A stretch of DNA of 64,000 bases from Mobula hypostoma (GCF_963921235.1 NC_086097.1:94800001-94864000), one strand, 5' to 3'. Shown: positions 1 to 13,355, counted from the first letter of the stretch. Notes: generated by a model from the sequence alone, not told the origin. Numbers and translations: made by a program.

Positions 1-620
1 AATTACCCCTCAATCATCAGGACCAAATCTTGAACCAAAGGGGATAACTTCTCTCGCCCCATCACTAAAGTGTTCCCACAACCAGTGGGCTCACTCTCAA
101 GGTCTCTTCATCTCGTGTGTGCAGGGCATGCCCCCTTCTCACTGTTACCATCAGGAAGGAGGTACAGGAGCCTGAAGGCGCACACTCAGTGATTCAGGAA
201 CAGCTTCTTCCCCCTCTGCCATCCGATTCCTCAATGGACATTGAACCCGTGAACACTACCTCACTACTTTTTTATTTCTGTTTTTTTGCACTACTGTACT
301 TATTTTAACTTAACTAGTTAATAGACATATCTATACTTGCTGTAATTCAGATTTTTTTCTCTGTATTTATTTATCATGTATTTCATTGAACTGCTGCTGT
401 AAAGTTAACAAATTTCACAACGTGCACCGGAGATAATTAAACCGGATTTTGATTCTGATGATCTCAATATTTATTGCTGATTTATTTATTTTATTTTGTA
501 CCTGCAGTTTGTTGTCCACCTATTGGGTGCAGCCTTTCTTTGATTCTATTATGATTATTGGATTTACTGAATATGCCTGCAAGAAAACAGGTATCAGGGC
601 TGTATGTGGTGACATATATG
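1..620 (+). mobile_element. Nested Rex1/Babar-like LINE 3' ends
   Basis: 119-240 reads GHAPFSLLPSGRRYRSLKAHTQ*FRNSFFPSAIRFLN, matching the ORF C-terminus of the copy at 30250-30387, and ends in a gattct-type tail near 445-458. It splits a second 3' UTR that resembles the one at 62660-63020. Confidence 0.75.
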
Positions 621-3019
621 TACAAAGGGGAAGATCAGATGGGTTCACAGATTGGAAAGAGGACAGGGCCTAGTATAGGTCAACTAGGGCATCATGGTCA
701 AGTGGGTTCTAGGACCCGTTTCCATGCTGTTTGATTCTATGACTCTGATGAGATGGAAGGAGAGACGGGAGTGACAAGACTCATTCAGAACTCACTCGCT
801 CAGGGGCGTAACCCCCTGTATTCTGGATTTCCGCCGGAGAGAGTGAAACTGGGGGCTGCTTGCTGATCCTGGACCAGATTTTCAGATTCTCCACAATCAC
901 AGCTGTTGCAGATTATCCAATGTCCTCTCGCCCACATCCGCGTAGCATGGTTGTCTTTAACGCAGAAGAATCCAGTGAAATTCTTGACAGATGACAGAGC
1001 TTCCTCCCCGGCTCTGATTCATAGCTTGGCCTGGTGCGGTTCCATTATCCTCAGCCGCTTGCCTCCGTCCCTGAGGAGAGCATAAGCGATCTGACTGTAA
1101 GCCAGCCGCCCTCGATGGGAAGCACATTGATGGTGTGGTGTAGCAGGGCTGCAGTCATTGACTCCCTGAGTGAAAGCAGCTGGCGTGGTTCAGAGAGAAC
1201 CCAAGTGACCCCCTGTACTCACCACAACCCCCACCCCCCACCTCCCACTGTCAGCTCAGCTCCTTTAGGAAACACAGAACGTTCCAAAAGCTTGCCTCAG
1301 CAAAAAAAAAGTAAACTTGCTTTGCAAATCCAGTACCCTGCCTGCTTCATCCTGAGTTTTTCTTTAATTTATTGGTTCTCTTCCAAGTGGATTAATTTGA
1401 AGCCAATGAGTTATTGATCAGACACAAGCAAAAACACTGTGGCTCTATCCCTCATCCTCCTTAACACAATGTCTATACTCACACATGGATCCCCGACCCT
1501 CCTGTTTTAATTTGTTTCTTTCTCTTCTGTTGCCAATTGCTCTTTTTTTTAAAAGTAATTGCCACCTTGCACCCTATCACGGACACTCCCACATTCTCTC
1601 CGCCCCGAAGGGACTTGGTCTGTAAGTCCGATAATCGACTACCTCGTTGTTTGGGAATCCTGATGGTTTAGCATTGAGTTCTCAGGACCCAATCCCAGAC
1701 TTCTTGAGGCCTCAGTTCCTACACTCACTTTAAGCTCATGCTGTCTGCTTTCCCACACTCCCTTTCAACTCGCCAGGGCCCTGTTCCGGCACTTTCTTCC
1801 AGCACGCTGAGGTGCCTTTTCCTGGGAACCACTTCCCCCCTCCCTTTAAACTGACTGGGAGTCTTGCTGCTGCTTCCCCTTTTAAACACACTGAGACTCT
1901 GCTTCCCTCAGCCCCTTCAGGCTTTTTGGCATCCCGTTTCCTGCAAACACTTTAAACGCACTGAAGTTCTGTTTCCCACACTTTTTAAACACACTGGGTT
2001 CAATTAAAAAGATTATTATGTCACATCAGATAAAGTGGATTACAAGTACCCTGGGGTTTTAATAGGAGTAACATCCAATTGACTGGAAAATGTTCCAGTC
2101 TGACACCTCGATTGCTGTTGGATCGCTGGTGTTTTTCTCTGTTGACCATTCTCAGGCTGTGGCGGAGTTGGTGGCTTGTGTGTGGGGGCAATAATGGCCT
2201 TAATGGGACGCCGGCCTAGTCTGGCCTGACCCTTACCTTCTCAGCGCTCTAATTCAGGAACTTTCCAGTAAAGTGGAACGGGGAAGGTGTACACCCACGT
2301 TACCTGGCTGGAAATCATGAGGAAGTGAGTTTGAGTCCCACCAGCGCTGTTTTCAGATCTTGCCCTGAACTGATCCAAAAGGAAAGGCTGCTGTTAGTCA
2401 AGGTGACTCTGAAGATTATCAATAATCTATCGGATCATCGTAAGGACATTTCAGGAAAGGAACCCCATAAGTCATTACCTGCTCTAGTGTATCATTAGGT
2501 CCTTGTCCCCGGTCCCTCGCTGTCTGCTGAAGTGTCCTCATTTACTGGTGCTACAGTGACAATTTCCAGGTTACGTAGAACAGTACAACATTGGAGCAGA
2601 CCCTTCATCCCCACAGTGTCCATGCCAACCATGCAGCCAATGAAAGCTCATACTGTCCACCTGCATGTGGACTCCATTTTCTGCCTGTTGATGTGTCTGT
2701 CTAAATGACTTCTAAATACTGTTATTGTATCTGTTTCTACCTCACAACCCCCAGGAACCTACCAATTCATGCTTAAAAAAACTTGCTCATAAATCTCCTT
2801 TAAACATTCCTCCTCTCACCTTAAAACCAAGTCCAGTAAGATTTGACATTTCCACCCTAGGAGAAAGATGCCAACTATCTACCCCACTAGTCTCCTCATA
2901 ACTGTATATACCTGTAGGTTAGTAGAGAAATATCGGCCTTGTTATCATTCGTTCCATGTTCATTGAAAGGAGAAGTGCTACACCTGCCCATTCCCCTCCT
3001 CCCTCACCCCCAATCAGGG

Positions 3020-3610
3020 CCCCAAATGTTAGGCAACACGTCACCTGTGAATCTGCTGGGGTCGTCTATTGTAACGAGTGCCCCCGATGCGGCCTCCTCT
3101 ACATTGGTGAGACCCATCGTAAATTGGGGGACTGTTTCATCAAGTGCCTCTGCTCCATCCACCAAAAGTGAAACTTCCTGGTGACCAAACATTTTAATCT
3201 CGACTCCCATTCCTGTTCTGACATGTCGGTCCATGCCCTCCTCTTGCGCCACGATGAGGCCACCCTCAAGGTGGAGGAGAAACACCTTATATTCCGCCGG
3301 GTAGTCTCCAACCTTATGGGGCAAATATCAAATTCTCCTTACAGTAAAAAAAATTCTCTCCCCCTTCCTTTTTCTTCTATTCCCCACTATGGCCTCTTAC
3401 CTCTTCTCACCTGCATATCACTTCTCCCTGGGTCCCCTCCTCCTTCCCTTTCTCCTATGGTTCACTCTCCTCTCCTATCAGATTCCTTCTTCTCCAGCTC
3501 TTTACCTTTCCAACTCATCTGGCTTCATCTATCACCTCCTAGCTATCCTTCCTCCCCTCCCCCCACCTTTTTATTCTGGTGTCTTCCCCTTCCTTTTCCA
3601 TCCTGAAATT
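3020..3610 (+). mobile_element. Penelope-like element fragment (GIY-YIG endonuclease and 3' region)
   Basis: Translation RQHVTCESAGVVYCNECPRCGLLYIGETHRKLGD is a PLE GIY-YIG motif, followed by the CT-rich terminal repeat shared with 48720-49490. Confidence 0.85.
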
Positions 3611-3834
3611 TCCACGACCAACTTCCTTCAGCATTTTGTTGTTTTGGTTCCTAAATGGTCATGCTCCCTCCAGCTCTGGGGCCTCAAATACCGAGCTCCC
3701 TGTCTTATCCCCGGATAGTTCAGGGGAAACCCTCAGGGAGCCATTTTGCCTGCTCAGCTCGATGAAGACCCATCAGTGGAACTCTGGAATTCCCTCTACT
3801 GAACAGGGGAGAAGGCACCTCTGTGCTCATAGAC

Positions 3835-4150
3835 CCACTCACAGAGTCATACAGAGTGAAACAGGCCCTTCAGTCCACAGATCTGTGCCAACCATCACTA
3901 TTCCTACATGAATCACATTTTATTGTCCCCACACTCCCATTAATTTCCTCAGATTCCACCACTCATCTACGCACCAGGGGTAATTAACCTACCAGCCCAG
4001 GCACCTTTGGGATGGTGGCGGAAACTAGTATTCCCAGAGAAAACCCATGCAGACTCAGAGAGAAGCTGCAAACTCCATACAGAGAGCACCCCGAGTCAGG
4101 ATTGAACTTGGTCACTGAGGGAGCGGCTATACCAATTACGACACTCTGCC
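3835..4150 (-). mobile_element. tRNA-derived SINE with CR1-like tail
   Basis: Reverse complement has a B-box-like GTTCAATCC near 4100, the shared core (gagtttgcagcttctctctg), and a CR1-type 3' tail. Confidence 0.65.
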
Positions 4151-5189
4151 ACCTTTCTTTGGGTGGGTTAGGGTTTCATATGGAGACAAGTACTGAAATA
4201 GGAAGCAACTCAGAAAGTGCTGGAGGAACTTAGCAGGCCAGGCAGTAACTCTGGAGAAAAATGAACGCTGGCGTTTGGGGTCAAGGCCAGATGAAGACCA
4301 ACATATTGAATGGTGGGGCAGGCTTGAAGGAACCAGTGGCCTACTCCTGATCCTGTTTCTTTGTGTGTTTTCAATGCTGTGGAACTGCTCAGTGAGATCT
4401 CCTGCTGACGCGCCCCTTCCCAAATCCAGTTCTGCTCCTGCATCCAATGCATCAAATGCAGCAACATGGAGCCTGGCGTGGAATCATTTCAAGAGCTCTA
4501 GGACTTTTGGATGACTTACTAAATTTGGTTAACTACTGAATTGTTAGCGAATTAGAAAAGATCCGAGAAAGGGATTGTAACCCCCTGGGGGACTGTTTCC
4601 AAGTCCAGAAAGACTGGTCTGTTTCAGCCCTGCCCAGTTTGTAGGGTGACCTCGCTGAACCCAAGTGTGCATTCATTTAAACTCTACTCAATACCTGCTC
4701 ACCATGCAACACCAATTGCCAACAATGTCTATTTGCAGAGGTTACAAACTTATGTAGATAATGTACAAAGAGCTTAAAAACAAGGTAGTCTTTCTTAATT
4801 CACGGAGTCATCACAGACGGCCTCCCCACAACCTGCCCAGCATTGTTGCTGCTGACAGAGCAGTTGCAACAGGACTCAATCTAAGAAGAAGTAATTGCCT
4901 TGGAAAAGCAATATCGTTAGCCACCAATATTCCAAATTCAAGAAAGGGAACTGAACTAGCACATGTAGAAATGCTGGAGGAACTCAGCAGGTCAAGCAGA
5001 AATGGACAGTCAACATTTCAGGTTAAGACCCTTCACCTGGACTGAAAGGTCAAGGGGAAATGGTCAATAGAAAGTGAGGGGACGAGCTGTGACGAGAGCT
5101 GAAAAGCGATAGGTGGATCCAGGTGGGGAGGGGGTAACAGGCAGATAAAATGTTCACGTGCTGCATAGGATATTCAGGCTGGTACACGG

Positions 5190-5505
5190 GTACAGTGACA
5201 GAGGTTGCTGCATCACATTACCAGAGACGTAGGTTCAATCCTGGCCTTGGTCGCGAGCTGTGTGGAGCTTGCATGTTCTCCTGTGACTCTGTGGGTTTTC
5301 TCTAAGTGTCCTGGCTCCTTCCCGCATCCTAGAGACATGAGGTAGTCGGTCATTGGGAACTGTAAATTGCCCCCCTCAATGTAGCTGAGTAGTGGAACAT
5401 GGGGGGGGGTTGGAGTTGAAGGGAGGGTGTGGAGAATAACATGGACTTAGTAAGTGGTTGATGGTCAGGAGGAAATCAGTGTGCCAAAGGGTCTATTTCC
5501 TTCAG
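5190..5505 (+). mobile_element. tRNA-derived SINE with CR1-like tail
   Basis: B-box-like ggttcaatcct near 5232 and core gtgtggagcttgcatgttctcctgtgactctgtgggttttc, shared with other SINE copies in the window. Confidence 0.7.
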
Positions 5506-6724
5506 TGATTGGTTTGCCACTTTTTCTGATCTTCTTCATGATCCCGGTGCCACATGTTTTGACTTCCCAGATTGCCCAGACTTTGCCGGAGTATCGTCAA
5601 TGACATGTTACTTGCTGACCCTCCTCGGCCATGTGACAGGCGCTCTCCTCATGAACAGCCACGGCACGCATGTCAGAAACATCTTTCCCTTGCCCTGCTG
5701 TGGTTACAGAAGCACACTTTGGTACGGTAGCTGGTCTGAGGATATCATCCACTGGCAATACGTGGTCAATGTGAACCTTGCGGACAAAAAATGAGGCCCT
5801 TGGAAAATTAGGTAGCACCTATGGAAAGACATGATATTTTAATTCTGCTAAAGGGCCTCAGAGCTGAAATGCTAACTGTTTCTCCCTCCACCAATGCTGC
5901 CTAAGTGTTTGCCCCATTTTCTGATGGTATTTCAGATTCCTTGAAAGCCTGAAGTTTTTGATTTTCAGAGACCTTGTGGAATCTGTTTCCAATTTTCACT
6001 GGATAATACCCAGTCCTATAAACCTCCTGCACTTCGCCCATGGTCTCACTTCCGACCTGTTGAAGGTGCTTGTGCCTCTCAGAACTTGTGACCGGAGCCA
6101 TGGCATTTAACCTGTTTCCATTTCTGCTCCTCTGTTTCACTCTCCCGTGGTACATCACAGGCTCCTTTTCCTTCTCATTGCATGTCAGCAGTCTACATCC
6201 TGCCATGGTATGAACTGTGATTCGATAGCTTCAAAACAATGCCGCTTGACAACCCACCCACCCTGCGTAACTTGTTTCTGTTATGGCTCCTCTACCCTCA
6301 GAACTGTTTCACTTCCCCATGGGAAGATGGGTGGCAAGCAGAAGTGAAACAATCCTTTACCACATCAGTAAATACAAACTCTTGTCTGACACCAGCGCTT
6401 GAGACAAACAGTCTGTGTCAAAGATTCCCCGAGTGTTCAACAAGTGGATGTCAACCAGTGCCAAACACTGCTGCATTCTATGCAGTCCTGAAGAACGATC
6501 ATTAACCATTTATTCATTTCCATAGATGCTGCCTGACCTGCTGAGTTCCCCCAGCACTTTGTGTACGTTGCTCTGCATTACTTTTCATACACTCGTCAAT
6601 ATTGCCCCTTGCTGCACCTCATCTGGTGCAGTAACAAGAAACGTTCAGCATTTTGAAAAACTATTTTGGTCTTCTTTGCCTTGGCCAGTCATTAGCCCCT
6701 GCAGCCAAAACCTTCATGTTCAAG

Positions 6725-7217
6725 TGTTGCAATCTGATGGCATGAACATTGACTTCTCTAACTTTCGTTAACGCCCCACCTCCCCTTCGTACCCCATCCC
6801 TTATTTATTTATTATTATTATTATTTTTATTTTTTCCCCTTTTTTTTCTCCCTTTTTTCTCCCTCTGTCCCTCTCACTATACACCTTGCCCATCCTCTGG
6901 GTCCCCCCCCCTTTCTTTCTCCCTAGGCCTCCCGTCCCATGATCCTCTCCCTTCTCCAGCCTCATATCCCTTTGCCAATCACCTGTCCAGCTCTTGGCTC
7001 CATCCCTTCCCCTCCTGTCTTCTCCTATCATTTTGGGTCTCCCCCTCCCCCTCTCAAATCTCTTACTATCTCTTCTTTCAGTTAGTCCTGATGAAGGGTC
7101 TCGGCCCAAAACGTCAACTGTACCTCTTCCTATAGAAGCTGCCTAGCCTGCTGTGTTCCACCAGCATTTTGCGTGTGTTGCTTGAATTTCCAGCATCTGC
7201 AGATTTCCTCGTGTTGC
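6725..7217 (+). mobile_element. Penelope-like element 3' terminal repeat
   Basis: End of the EN domain (LQSDGMNIDFSNFR*), CT-rich tract, hammerhead-like motif at 7085-7119 with GAAA mutated, and terminus gcttgaatttccagcatctgcaga. Confidence 0.85.
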
Positions 7218-7379
7218 ACATGGAGTTCCTTTATGTGTTTCCTCTTATGGCTGGTGGATAGTTCATCCTGCATGTGTTTCCATGCCTTCAGAGAAGCTGA
7301 CACAGAACAATTCAACACATGAACAGGCTGTTTGCCCTGCAACATCATGCTGAACCTAAATAAATTAATTAAATGCCTA

Positions 7380-8030
7380 CAACAGGAATTCTGCAGATGC
7401 TGGAAATTCAAGCACAGTGACCTCCCAGTGACCTGCCAGAGAAAGTAGGATCTCCCAGTGGCCAGACATTTTAATTCCACATCCCATTCCCATTCTGACA
7501 TGTCTATCCACAGCCTCCTCTACTGTAAAGATGAAGCCACACTCAGGTTGGAGGAACAACACCTTATATTCCGTCTGGGTAGCCTCCAACCGGACGGCAT
7601 GAACATTGACTTCTCTAACTTCCGCTAATGCCCCACCTCCCCCTCGTACCTCATCCGTTATTTATTTTTATACACACATTCTTTCTCTCTCTCTCTCCTT
7701 TTTTTCCCTCTGTCCCTCTGACTATACCCCTTGCCCATCCTCTGGGTTTCCACCCACCCCACCGTCTTTCTCCCCGGACCTCCTGTCCCATGATCCTCTC
7801 ATATCCCCTTTGCCAATCACCTGTCCAGCTCTTGGCTCCATCCCTCCCCCTCCTGTCTTCTCCTATCATTTTGGATCTCCCCTTCCCCCTCCCCCTCCCA
7901 CTTTCAAATCTCTTACTATCTCTTCCTTCAGTTAGTCCTGACGAAGGGTCTCGGCCTGAAACATCGACTGTACTTCTTCCTAGAGATGCTGCCTGGCCTG
8001 CTGTATTCACCAGCAACTTTGATGTGTGTT
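7380..8030 (+). mobile_element. Penelope-like element, 5'-truncated with inverted head, TSD-flanked
   Basis: Direct repeat ttaattaaatgccta at 7365-7379 and 8029-8043. The first ~35 bp are the inverted element terminus; the body is EN C-terminus plus terminal repeat. Confidence 0.9.
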
Positions 8031-8658
8031 AATTAAATGCCTAACTAAGTGTATCCACTAAATGTTCATATCTCTCCATTCTCTGCACATTGATGTGTCT
8101 ATCTAAGAACCTCTTAAACACCTCAATTGCCTCTAATGCCTCCATTACGTCCCCTGAAAGTATATTCCATGTACCCGCTGGTCTGTGTAAAAAATTTGCC
8201 CCACACATCACCGGTAAATTAGGCTCGCACTCCCCACCTTAAATGCATGCCCTTTAGTATTAGACATTTCAACCCTGGGAAAAGATACTGGCTGGTTACT
8301 CTGTCTATCATATCCTAACCTATTGGGCATTTCTACCTTCTGTTTTAAAAGCAACCCTTATTCTGTAGGCCTGGCCTCTGCAAAGCCTGCGTTTCTGGTT
8401 AAAAAACAATCCTTTTCAGCATTGTGGCCGTCACATTGAGTAATCTAGACATGTTGCTCCCTGTAGTGTTGGTCTTTGCAGCCTGTTTACGCTGTGGTGG
8501 TCTTGCTGAGGTAGTCCGATGGTGATTCCACCACCCTGGGAGCAGCAGATTGATTCCCATTGTAGCTCGGAGAGGTTTGTGTTCGTAAACTGGGAGCAAT
8601 GTGAAAAATGGTGAAACCTTATCTGTCAGAATACAATCATCAATCCCGCCCCCCATGG

Positions 8659-8700
<42 letters not shown>
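8659..8700. repeat. (GT)n microsatellite
   Basis: Perfect GT dinucleotide run of about 40 bp. Confidence 0.98.
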
Positions 8701-8701
<1 letters not shown>

Positions 8702-9144
8702 GGTTTGCACATTTTGTCAGAATGTGGAATACTTACGCAATGTGACTGTCTCTGCACGGTTAACCAGTGCCTCATCTCATGCCTCAAAGCTGAAGTCAAC
8801 TTCAACACACAGTTGGTGTGGTGACGTGCTAACAAACCAGGCCTCTCTTGCACAAGTCAGGGGTTTGCTCCTGATTCCACTCCTCCGCCATGATCTGCCT
8901 TTCTTCAACACTGGTGAACTGTGGCAGGGCAGGGTAGGAACCTGGAATGTTATTGAAGCATAATGAGATTAACTCTGGAACATTTCCAGACTTCCTGATT
9001 TCAACCTCAAATTTCTCTTACTCTCTGCTTTCCCATTCTCCTCTACCCACAGGCTCCAACAAATCCCCATCTTCTAGATGAAGGCACATATAAGCCTGTT
9101 GCCAAGTTTGCAGATGTCACTGCTGTGGTGGGCCTATTCTCAGA

Positions 9145-10300
9145 TAATAATGAGAAATGATGAGATGGAGAACAGAAATAATGAGATAGAGGACGGATAA
9201 TGATGAGATGGAGAACAGAAATGATGAGATGGAGTACAGAAATGACGAGATGGAGTACTGGAATAATGAGATAGAGGATGGATAATGATGGGATGAGTAC
9301 AGAAATGATGAGATGGAGTACAGAAATGACGAGATGGCGTACAGGAATAATGAGATAGGGGATGGATAATGATGGGATGAGTACAGAAATGATGAGATGG
9401 AGTACAGAAATGACGAGATGGCGTACAGGAATAATGAGATAGGGGATGGATAATGATGGGATGAGTACAGAAATGATGAGATGGAGTACAGAAATGACGA
9501 GATGGCGTACAGGAATAATGAGATAGGGGATGGATGATGATGAGGTGAGTACAGAAATGATGAGATGGAGTACAGAAATAATGAGATAGGGGATGGATGA
9601 TGATGAGGTGAGTACAGAAATGATGAGATAGAGGACAAATAATGATGAGATGGAGAACAGAAATGAGATGGAGTATAGATAATGATGAGATGGAGTACAG
9701 AAATGATGAAATGGAGTGTAGAAATGATGAGATGGAGTACAGAAAAGATGAGATAGAGGATGGATAATGATGAGGTGAGTACAGAAATGATGAGATGGAG
9801 TACAGAAATAATAAAATAGAGGATGGATAATGATGAGATGAGTACAGAAATGATGAGATGGAGGATGGATAATGATGAGATGGAGAACAGAAATGATGAG
9901 ATGGAGTATAGATAATGATGGGATGGAGGATGGATAATGATGAGATGGAGTACAGAAATGATGAAATAGAGTGCAGAAATGATGAGATGGAGTACAGAAA
10001 TGATGAGATAGAGGATGGATAATGATGAGGTGAGTACAAAAATGATGAGATGGAGTACAGAAATAATAAGATAGAGGATGGATAATGATGAGATGAGTAC
10101 AGAAATGATGAGATGGAGGATGGATAATGATGAGATGGAGAACAGAAATGATGAAATGGAGTGCAGAAATGATTAGATGAAATACAGAAATGATGAAATG
10201 GAGTGCAGAAATGATTAGATGAAATACAGAAATGATGAAATGGAGTGCAGAAATGATGAGATGGAGTACAGAAATGATGAAATGGAGAACAAAAATGAGG
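9145..10300. repeat. Complex minisatellite, ~21-bp core AATGATGAGATGGAGTACAGA
   Basis: Dozens of variant tandem units with higher-order periodicity, e.g. about 84 bp over 9260-9530. Confidence 0.95.
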
Positions 10301-10648
10301 AGAAATCCTTTAATTCCTTCAACCAGTCCCTTCCAAGAAAATGAAAACTGTTAACACAGTGAAGCTGATAGAGTGGTCCAATAGTTAGGTCAAGGGACTG
10401 CTAATCAATTTTGTTCTTGATCAGTGTGGACAAGTTGGGCCAAAGGGTCTGCTTCTGTGCAATACCACTCTATGACTCCGATATGCAACAACAGCTTTGC
10501 CTTCTGGCCTGCGGTGAGCTAATGCACAGTCAAGTTACCAAAACAGTCTCACAGTCTCACCAGAAGTTGTTCTTCATCTTGAAGTGCTTCTCACCAATGA
10601 ACAAGCATCTGGTAGTGGGTGTCCCTCCCCTGTATGGACCAGTCTAGT

Positions 10649-11850
10649 AATAAGACCACAAGACCATAAGATATAGGAGCAGAAGTAGGTCATTCGACTC
10701 ATCAAGTCTGCTCTGCCATTCAATCATGGGCTGGTCTAATTCTTCCAGTCATCCCCATTCCCCTGCCTTCACTCCATACCCTTTGATGCCCTGGCTAATC
10801 AAGAACCTATTTATCTCTGCCTTAAATACACCCAATGACTTAGCCTCCACAGCCGCTCGTGGCAACAAATTCCACAGATTTACCACCCTCTGACTAAAGT
10901 AATTTCTCCACATCTCAGTTCTAAAAGGACGTCCTTCAATCCTGAAGTCGTGCCCTCTTGTCCTAGAATCCCCTACCATGGGGAATAACTTTGTCATATC
11001 TAATCTGTTCAGGCCTTTTAACATTCGAAATGTTTCTATGAGATCCCCCCTCATTCTCCTGAACTCCATGGAATACAGCCCAAGAGCTGCCAAATGTTCC
11101 TCATATGGTAAGCCTTTCATTCCTGAAATCATTCTCGTGAATCTTCTCTGAACCCTCTCCAATGTAAGTATATTCTTTCTAAGATAAGGAGCCCACAACT
11201 GCACACAATACTCCAGGTTTGGTCTCACGAGTGCCTTATAGAGCCTCAACATTACACCCCTGCTTTTATATTCTATACCTCTAGAAATAAATGCCAACAT
11301 TGCATTTGCCTTCTTCATAACCGACTCAACCTGCAGGTTAACCTTTAGGGTATCTTGCATAAGGACTCCCAAGTCCCTTTGCGTTTCTGAATTTTGAATT
11401 CTCCCCCCATCTAAATAATAGTCTGCTCGTATATTTCTTCCACCAAAGCGCATGACCATACTCTTTCTAACATTGCATTTCATTTGCCACTTCTTTGCCC
11501 GTTCCCCTAAACTATCGAAGTCTCTCTGCAGGCTCTCTGTTTCCTCAACACTACCTGCTCCTCCACCTATCTTTGTATCATCTGCAAATTTAGCCACAGA
11601 TCCATTAATACCATAGTCCAAATCATTGGCATACATCGTAAAAAGCAGTGGCCCCAACTCCGACCCCTGTGGAACTCCACTGGTAACCGGCAGCCAGTCA
11701 GAATAGGATCCCTTTATTCCCACTCTCTGTTTTCTGCCGACCAGCCAACGCTCCACCCACGCTAGTAACTTCCCTGTAATTCCATAGGCTCTTATGTTGC
11801 TAAGCAGCACCTTGACCATATGTGCGGCACCTTGTCAAAGGCCTTTGGAA
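10649..11850 (-). mobile_element. CR1-clade LINE, 5'-truncated (RT C-terminal half)
   Basis: Open 356-aa frame 10749-11819 with [32 protein letters not shown] and RTRGH motifs; short tandem tail at 10649-10675. Confidence 0.95.
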
Positions 11851-12789
11851 AACTATGGGGCAGTCTGGTACTGGAGTGTTCCTCCCCTGGATGGTGCAGT
11901 CTACGGCTCGCTCTGTAACAATTTTTATTTTCATTTTGAAACCACTACTGTCATTTTCTTCATCGCTACTTGTGGTGTACATTGTGTCCAAACACTACTC
12001 GTCCATCTCAATGTTGTGCTAACTTCTCATCTGTGGGGTTTGACCCATCATCGCCTTCCTTCTGTTGTACTCAGCTGGGTTACCACAACTCTGGATCACT
12101 GTGTTCTGTCCAGCCTTCCGTGCATTTTACTGCGCTAAACCAAAAGGACTGTGACTCTGTGGTTCTCATGGAATCAACGACAGGACTTTTGACCATAGTC
12201 GTTTCTTTTGCTACTTGTCAGTCGAGTTTATTGTCATGTGCACCTGTACATGGAAGGCCTAATTCCAGCAACATCGTGGACACAGAACATTAGGGACACA
12301 ATCTTCACAAGAAAATACACAAGTTATGCAAACTTATACAAGGAAGGACGCAGAACAAACAATGACGAAGTCCATTGTACCACAAAGTGATCACAGTGTT
12401 GCTGCATTAAGATAATGATCGGGGATGTGCACGTTGGTTCAGAAAGCAGATGGTTGCAAGGAAATCGCTGCTGTTGAATTTGGCGGTGTGGGTCCTGAGG
12501 AAAGGTCTCAGCCCATAGACGCTGCCTGACCTGCTGATTCCTCCAGCAGTCTGGCTCTACTGTTGGTGGCTACAAGAAGATGACATGGTCTGGATGCTGG
12601 GGAGTCTTTGATGTCAGGTACTGCCTTGTTGAGACAGAACCTCCTGTAGGTACCACCGATGAAGGGAGGGATGTCTCTCTGACATATTGGTCTGAATCCA
12701 CTACTCTCTGCACCTTCTTACTGTCCTGCACATTCGAATTGCTCTATCAGACCATGATACAACCCATCAGAATACACATTCAAATTGCT

Positions 12790-13355
12790 CTATCAGACAA
12801 TAGACAATAGGTGCAGGAGTAGGCCATTCGGCCCTTCGAGCTAGCACCAACATTCACTGTGATCATGGCTGATCATCCACAATCAGTACCTTTTTCCTGC
12901 CTTCTCCCCATATCCCTTCACTCCACTATCTTTAAGAGCTCTGTCTAACTCTTTTTTGAAAGAATCCAGAGAATTGGCCTCCACTGCCTTCTGAGGCAGA
13001 GCATTCCACAGAACCACAACCCTCTGTGTGAAAAAGTTTTTCCTCAACTCCGTTCTAAATTGTCTACCCCTTATTCTAAAACTGTAGCCTCTGGTTCTGG
13101 ACTCCCCCAACATTGGGAACATGTTTCCTGCCTCTAGCGTGTCCAATCTCTTAATAATCTTACATGTTTCAATCAGATCCCCTCTCATCCTTCTAAATTC
13201 CAGTGTATACAAGCCCAGTCGCTCCAATCTTTCAACATATGACAGTCCTGCCATCCCGGGAATTAACCTCGTGAACCTACGCTGCACTCCCTCAATAGCT
13301 AGAATGTCCTTCCTCAAATTTGGAGACCAAAACTGTACACAATACTCCAGGTGCA
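12790..13355 (-). mobile_element. CR1-clade LINE 3' fragment
   Basis: HLEYCVQFWSPNLRKDILAIEGVQRRFTRLIPG...FFTQRVV; (ctattgt)n tail at about 12795-12810. Confidence 0.93.

Noticed and set aside
1003..1027. ~25-bp similarity to 61474-61500 (cctccccggctctgattcat)
   Set aside because: Short, mismatched and not extendable by eye; compatible with chance in 64 kb.
1610..2140. Possible DNA transposon with internal tttaaacacactg repeats
   Set aside because: A degenerate internal repeat is visible, but I could not define terminal inverted repeats or a TSD.
5190..5260. tRNA gene candidates at SINE heads (also 31715, 22985, 20290)
   Set aside because: Only degenerate A/B boxes fused to SINE bodies; no complete cloverleaf.
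7651..8016. Recurrent small ORF family MLVNxAGQAASLGR...
   Set aside because: Antisense reading of the PLE terminal repeat, not a host gene family.
9117..10039. Long ORFs of 173 and 299 aa (SSFLYS / HHFCT repeats)
   Set aside because: They are translations of a minisatellite; openness follows from unit composition.
10749..11819. RT ORF as a domesticated gene or retron-like system
   Set aside because: Ordinary 5'-truncated CR1 with its 3' tail and several related copies in the window.
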